A stretch of 64,000 nt of DNA from Eledone cirrhosa. Taxonomy: Eukaryota. Location: assembly GCA_964016885.1 (NCBI GenBank), contig OZ024764.1:15066001-15130000 (forward strand). Reading direction: 5' to 3'. The translations under genes and the position numbers were made by a program. Positions 62,501 to 64,000 of the stretch are shown here, in pieces. Numbering within the stretch: the first letter of the stretch is position 1; every line of letters starts with the position of its first letter. The notes below the pieces were generated by a model, which saw only the letters and a list, made by a program, of their open reading frames with translations, was not told where the DNA came from and made no database searches.

Positions 62501-63830
62501 AATCCACAAGGTGGGTGACAGGAAGATGAAATATAATGTCTCAAAGACCAGTGGCCAACAGAGAGACAATCCACAAGGTGAGAAGGAAAAGGATACAGTG
62601 TAACAATAATGATGAATATATATATGTATATATATCATATTTCCCCGCGCCGAAGACGCTTCATTCTCTTCTCGAAGATGCACCCTGACTTTGACAACCA
62701 AAAATTTGAAATAAAAATGATAAACAACCTTCAGTCTCCATGACTCATGGTATGTTTTTTAGACTTATCTTAGGAAAAAGGTAGCGTCTTCGATGTCGGG
62801 AAATACGGTATATATATACATATATATATCTAATCTAATCTGGCTGAGTTTACACTCGCAAATAAGAAGAACCAGGGCTGCCCCTAAGAGCATTGGATTT
62901 GGTGTACTTCATATGTGTTTGGGTTGCTGAATACAATCAGGGGTCACTGCTTCTCCTGAAGGTCAATAGTTCTCTTCTAACTCAAGCGGGAGCACCTTTC
63001 CATTGTCAATTTACATTGATCACCTGTAAAGCTACATTGTTCTCAGAACCACTACACCTGTCTTTAGATGTGGGCAGCTGGAACTACTGCCACCCTTTGA
63101 TTTGGCAGGATTTTCTTTTTCCATACATATATGAAAAGGGTCAGGACCCCGACGGCTGAGCTCCTGCCATTTCAATAGCTAGATCCCAACTAAAGCACCA
63201 GTATTTGATGGCGGGAATCTAGCTGAACTTATCAAGGGGTACAGTCCATATATGGGCAGACAGTCTAAGCAAAAAAATCTTAAAACTTCTCTCATTTTTT
63301 TGTTTTTCTCCGAGAGTGGTCAATAATCCGGGGTGGGGGGTTACGCTTGTTCAAATGGCTAGTTTAGTCCTGCTAAATGTATTGTATTCATCATCATCAT
63401 CATCATCTTCGTTTAACGTCCATTTTCCACGCTAGCATGGGTTATTACACTCCTATATATATATATGGCGAGCGAGAGAGACAGAAAAGGCTACAGTGCG
63501 ATGATGATGATACATATATATATACACACATATATACATATCTCTCTCTATATATATATAGAGAGAGAGACAGACAGACAGAAAAGGCTATAGTGTGATG
63601 ATAATGATAGATATATATATATATATACACATATATACATCTCTCTCTCTATATATATATTTATAGAGAGAGAAAATGGGGCAGAAAAGGATACAATGTT
63701 TAATCAACTTAAACTTATAATATGCTCCATATTCTACAGCCAGTTGAATTAACAGAGCCACCAATCCTGTAGCTATACCAGTCATTAACATGACAAAATA
63801 ACGACTTAGCCAGGTTTTACGAACTTCTTT
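29265..63830 (-). CDS. CLCN7: CLCN7-like H+/Cl- exchange transporter; 19 exons in window (696 aa), N-terminal exons lie beyond the window end
   Basis: All 19 exons have AG/GT boundaries and splice in frame (2091 nt including stop). Motifs: GSGIP, GKEGP, SVEE, GVFIP, GLY, two CBS domains, C-terminal FRGLGLRHL and TRKDLAKYR. Confidence 0.92.
29440..30118 (-). mobile_element. Rearranged Nin-SINE cluster containing an inverted copy of 49784-49921
   Basis: SINE 29440-29625, captured unique segment 29626-29763, then partial and full SINE copies up to 30118. Confidence 0.85.
30144..30224 (-). CDS. CLCN7: CLCN7-like exon R (CBS2)
   Basis: [27 protein letters not shown]. Confidence 0.95.
30375..31455. 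repeat. 141-bp satellite, about 7.5 copies
   Basis: CCCGG recurs at 30381, 30522, 30663 and onward. Confidence 0.95.
31467..31632 (+). mobile_element. CORE-domain tRNA-SINE; other copies at 35993-36120 (+), 53894-54060 (+) and 54470-54670 (-)
   Basis: A-box tggcttaatggttagagc, B-box gagttcaattc, CORE-like ccttgagcaagacacttt...cagtttactcagctgtagaaatg. Confidence 0.75.
31917..32000 (-). CDS. CLCN7: CLCN7-like exon Q
   Basis: [28 protein letters not shown]. Confidence 0.9.
32590..33790. repeat. 97-bp satellite (48+49 dimer), about 12 copies
   Basis: Exact 97-bp period, also visible in the ORF track. Confidence 0.95.
33985..34071 (-). CDS. CLCN7: CLCN7-like exon P
   Basis: [29 protein letters not shown]. 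Confidence 0.85.
34222..35278. repeat. 65/50-bp satellite inside an RTE-like fragment; sister arrays at 50868-51598 and 52381-53095
   Basis: Repeated gaattgagagatcacagctctgatactacagacatgtggttagaatgtctcaggaaagaatctct; the 53000-53297 copy runs into [15 protein letters not shown] (RTE-like). Confidence 0.9.
35548..35622 (-). CDS. CLCN7: CLCN7-like exon O
   Basis: [25 protein letters not shown]. Confidence 0.9.
35661..35827. repeat. ~69-bp-arm hairpin about 40 nt upstream of the exon O acceptor
   Basis: aattattataaaataacaggagg...tatgaacattt / aaatgttcata...cctcctgttattttataataatt. Confidence 0.85.
36644..36770 (-). CDS. CLCN7: CLCN7-like exon N (CBS1)
   Basis: (S)[42 protein letters not shown]. 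Confidence 0.9.
37210..38310 (+). mobile_element. RTE fragment with the same 58-60-bp segment amplified about 16 times
   Basis: Same unit as 7325-8130. Confidence 0.85.
38475..38560 (-). CDS. CLCN7: CLCN7-like exon M
   Basis: [28 protein letters not shown] +2 nt. Confidence 0.9.
38857..40170. repeat. (TA/CA)n-rich array with a recurring cgattaatcattaa spacer
   Basis: Seen directly. Confidence 0.85.
40171..40360 (+). mobile_element. Full-length Nin-domain tRNA-SINE
   Basis: GGCGGTGGATTGGCAGTATCGG (A-box), GAGTTCAAATCC (B-box), Nin-like core and tail. Confidence 0.85.
41147..41222 (-). ncRNA. Hammerhead motif with a core mutation (GCAA in place of GAAA)
   Basis: Minus strand: GCTGT-CTGATGA-long stem II-GCAA-TATATA-TC-ACAGC. 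Confidence 0.55.
42486..42530 (+). ncRNA. Hammerhead-like motif, weak stems I and III
   Basis: acca-CTGACGA-T-GTTGCA gatg TGCAAC-GAAA-GAAC-TT-tga. Confidence 0.45.
43240..46247. repeat. ~3-kb (GGT)n-based compound satellite
   Basis: GGT/GAT repeats with recurring gtaggtaatggcagt blocks. Confidence 0.95.
46313..46489 (-). CDS. CLCN7: CLCN7-like exon L
   Basis: [59 protein letters not shown]. Confidence 0.95.
47711..47777 (+). ncRNA. Minimal type I hammerhead ribozyme motif
   Basis: Stem I 47711-18/47770-77, CTGATGA 47719-25, stem II 47726-57, GAAA 47758-61, TATGTA, predicted cleavage after 47769. Confidence 0.78.
47868..48870 (+). mobile_element. RTE LINE fragment interrupted by an antisense CR1 fragment (about 47989-48468)
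   Basis: ...[10 protein letters not shown] | [31 protein letters not shown]...; the insert encodes QRRATKRIP...TRGHAHK on the minus strand. Confidence 0.85.
49641..49810 (-). CDS. CLCN7: CLCN7-like exon K
   Basis: (G)[56 protein letters not shown]. Confidence 0.95.
49921..50390 (+). mobile_element. Nin-SINE with a tandemly repeated 69-bp tail
   Basis: SINE body followed by repeated aaagtaccagtaatacactggggtaattgctggccttgtgccaaaagtagaaacaattatttagtatt. Confidence 0.85.
50536..50632 (-). CDS. CLCN7: CLCN7-like exon J
   Basis: [32 protein letters not shown] +1 nt. Confidence 0.9.
51602..51746 (-). CDS. CLCN7: CLCN7-like exon I
   Basis: [48 protein letters not shown]. Confidence 0.9.
52151..52211 (-). 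CDS. CLCN7: CLCN7-like exon H
   Basis: (G)[19 protein letters not shown](R). Confidence 0.9.
53368..53425 (-). CDS. CLCN7: CLCN7-like exon G
   Basis: [19 protein letters not shown] +1 nt. Confidence 0.9.
53701..53811 (-). CDS. CLCN7: CLCN7-like exon F
   Basis: [37 protein letters not shown]. Confidence 0.9.
55001..55159 (-). CDS. CLCN7: CLCN7-like exon E
   Basis: [53 protein letters not shown]. Confidence 0.95.
55639..56040 (+). mobile_element. RTE LINE 3' end with (GAT)n tail
   Basis: [15 protein letters not shown]...RRLRWYGH...RGRPRKTW. Confidence 0.9.
56124..56207 (-). CDS. CLCN7: CLCN7-like exon D
   Basis: [28 protein letters not shown] (contains the gating Glu). Confidence 0.9.
56465..59612. 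repeat. 48/49-bp satellite, about 65 copies
   Basis: Repeated accactttacagagtgtactgggtgtattttatcatgacaccaacact, starting inside a ctggat...ttcctaacaccaacc element. Confidence 0.95.
59648..59791 (-). CDS. CLCN7: CLCN7-like exon C
   Basis: [48 protein letters not shown]. Confidence 0.95.
59980..60990. repeat. GACA/GATA/GGTA-based satellite, about 48-60 bp
   Basis: Repeated tagatagacagatcaatatcttggtaggtaggtagacaagtggacagg. Confidence 0.9.
61290..61640 (-). mobile_element. Probable Tx1/L1-like LINE 3' fragment
   Basis: Minus-strand translation [10 protein letters not shown]...FTERW, followed by a UTR ending in AATAAAG. Family assignment is tentative. Confidence 0.45.
61773..61882 (-). CDS. CLCN7: CLCN7-like exon B
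   Basis: (F)[36 protein letters not shown]. Confidence 0.9.
62084..62580. repeat. 81-bp minisatellite inside the U12 intron
   Basis: 27-codon period in the ORF track; 5-6 copies. Confidence 0.9.
63146..63240 (-). ncRNA. Hammerhead motif, U3-A8 variant, sense to CLCN7
   Basis: Minus strand: ACCCC-TTGATAA-gttcagctagattccc...gggatctagctatt-GAAA-TGGC aggagctca GCCG-TC-GGGGT. Confidence 0.55.
63695..63830 (-). CDS. CLCN7: CLCN7-like exon A
   Basis: [45 protein letters not shown] +1 nt; donor GTATCCTTTT. Confidence 0.9.
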
Positions 63831-64000
63831 CTGTAAAAGAAAAGGAAAAAAATAATCATTTCTAGTTTTATATAAACATTTACAGGTCTTACAGAGAGAT
63901 GTATAGAAATTATGGTAAAAGAAAGGAGTTGATCATCAGATCAGACCAAGGAAACAATGTCTCCATTGGTCTTTCCATTACTGATACTATCTGTCAGTCA

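Larger units (their letters stand above)
61883..63694 (-). other. U12-type (minor spliceosome) GT-AG intron, 1812 nt
   Basis: 5' site GTATCCTTTT (63694-63685); branch point TTTTCCTTAAC (61909-61899) about 15 nt before the AG; no polypyrimidine tract; frame preserved. Confidence 0.9.

Overview
Eukaryotic, very repeat-rich animal DNA. The tRNA-derived Nin- and CORE-domain SINEs, RTE/CR1 LINE fragments and (TA)n/(ATG)n microsatellites suggest an octopod cephalopod (inference). Three protein-coding genes are supported. (1) An intronless class A GPCR of the melatonin/Moody/Tre1 group (+, 1267-2619). (2) An intronless NAXD/CARKD NAD(P)H-hydrate dehydratase (+, 16033-17082). (3) The 3' 19 exons (696 codons, assembled in frame by hand) of a CLCN7-like Cl-/H+ exchanger (-, 63830 to 29265), including one U12-type intron. 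Beyond the genes, the intergenic and intronic DNA holds many minimal type I hammerhead-ribozyme motifs of the kind carried by Penelope-like elements. Six have fully canonical cores; others are U3-A8 variants or degenerate. One back-to-back pair forms a 323-bp palindrome, and three unrelated fold-back hairpins are centred on the ribozyme stem II. A ~320-bp inverted copy of one CLCN7 3' splice site and exon start sits in the gene's last intron, 20 kb away. The array downstream of the GPCR consists of degenerate copies of the receptor's own C-terminal coding segment. Most other ORFs in the track are repeat artefacts. All structures were read by eye; none has been computationally or experimentally verified.
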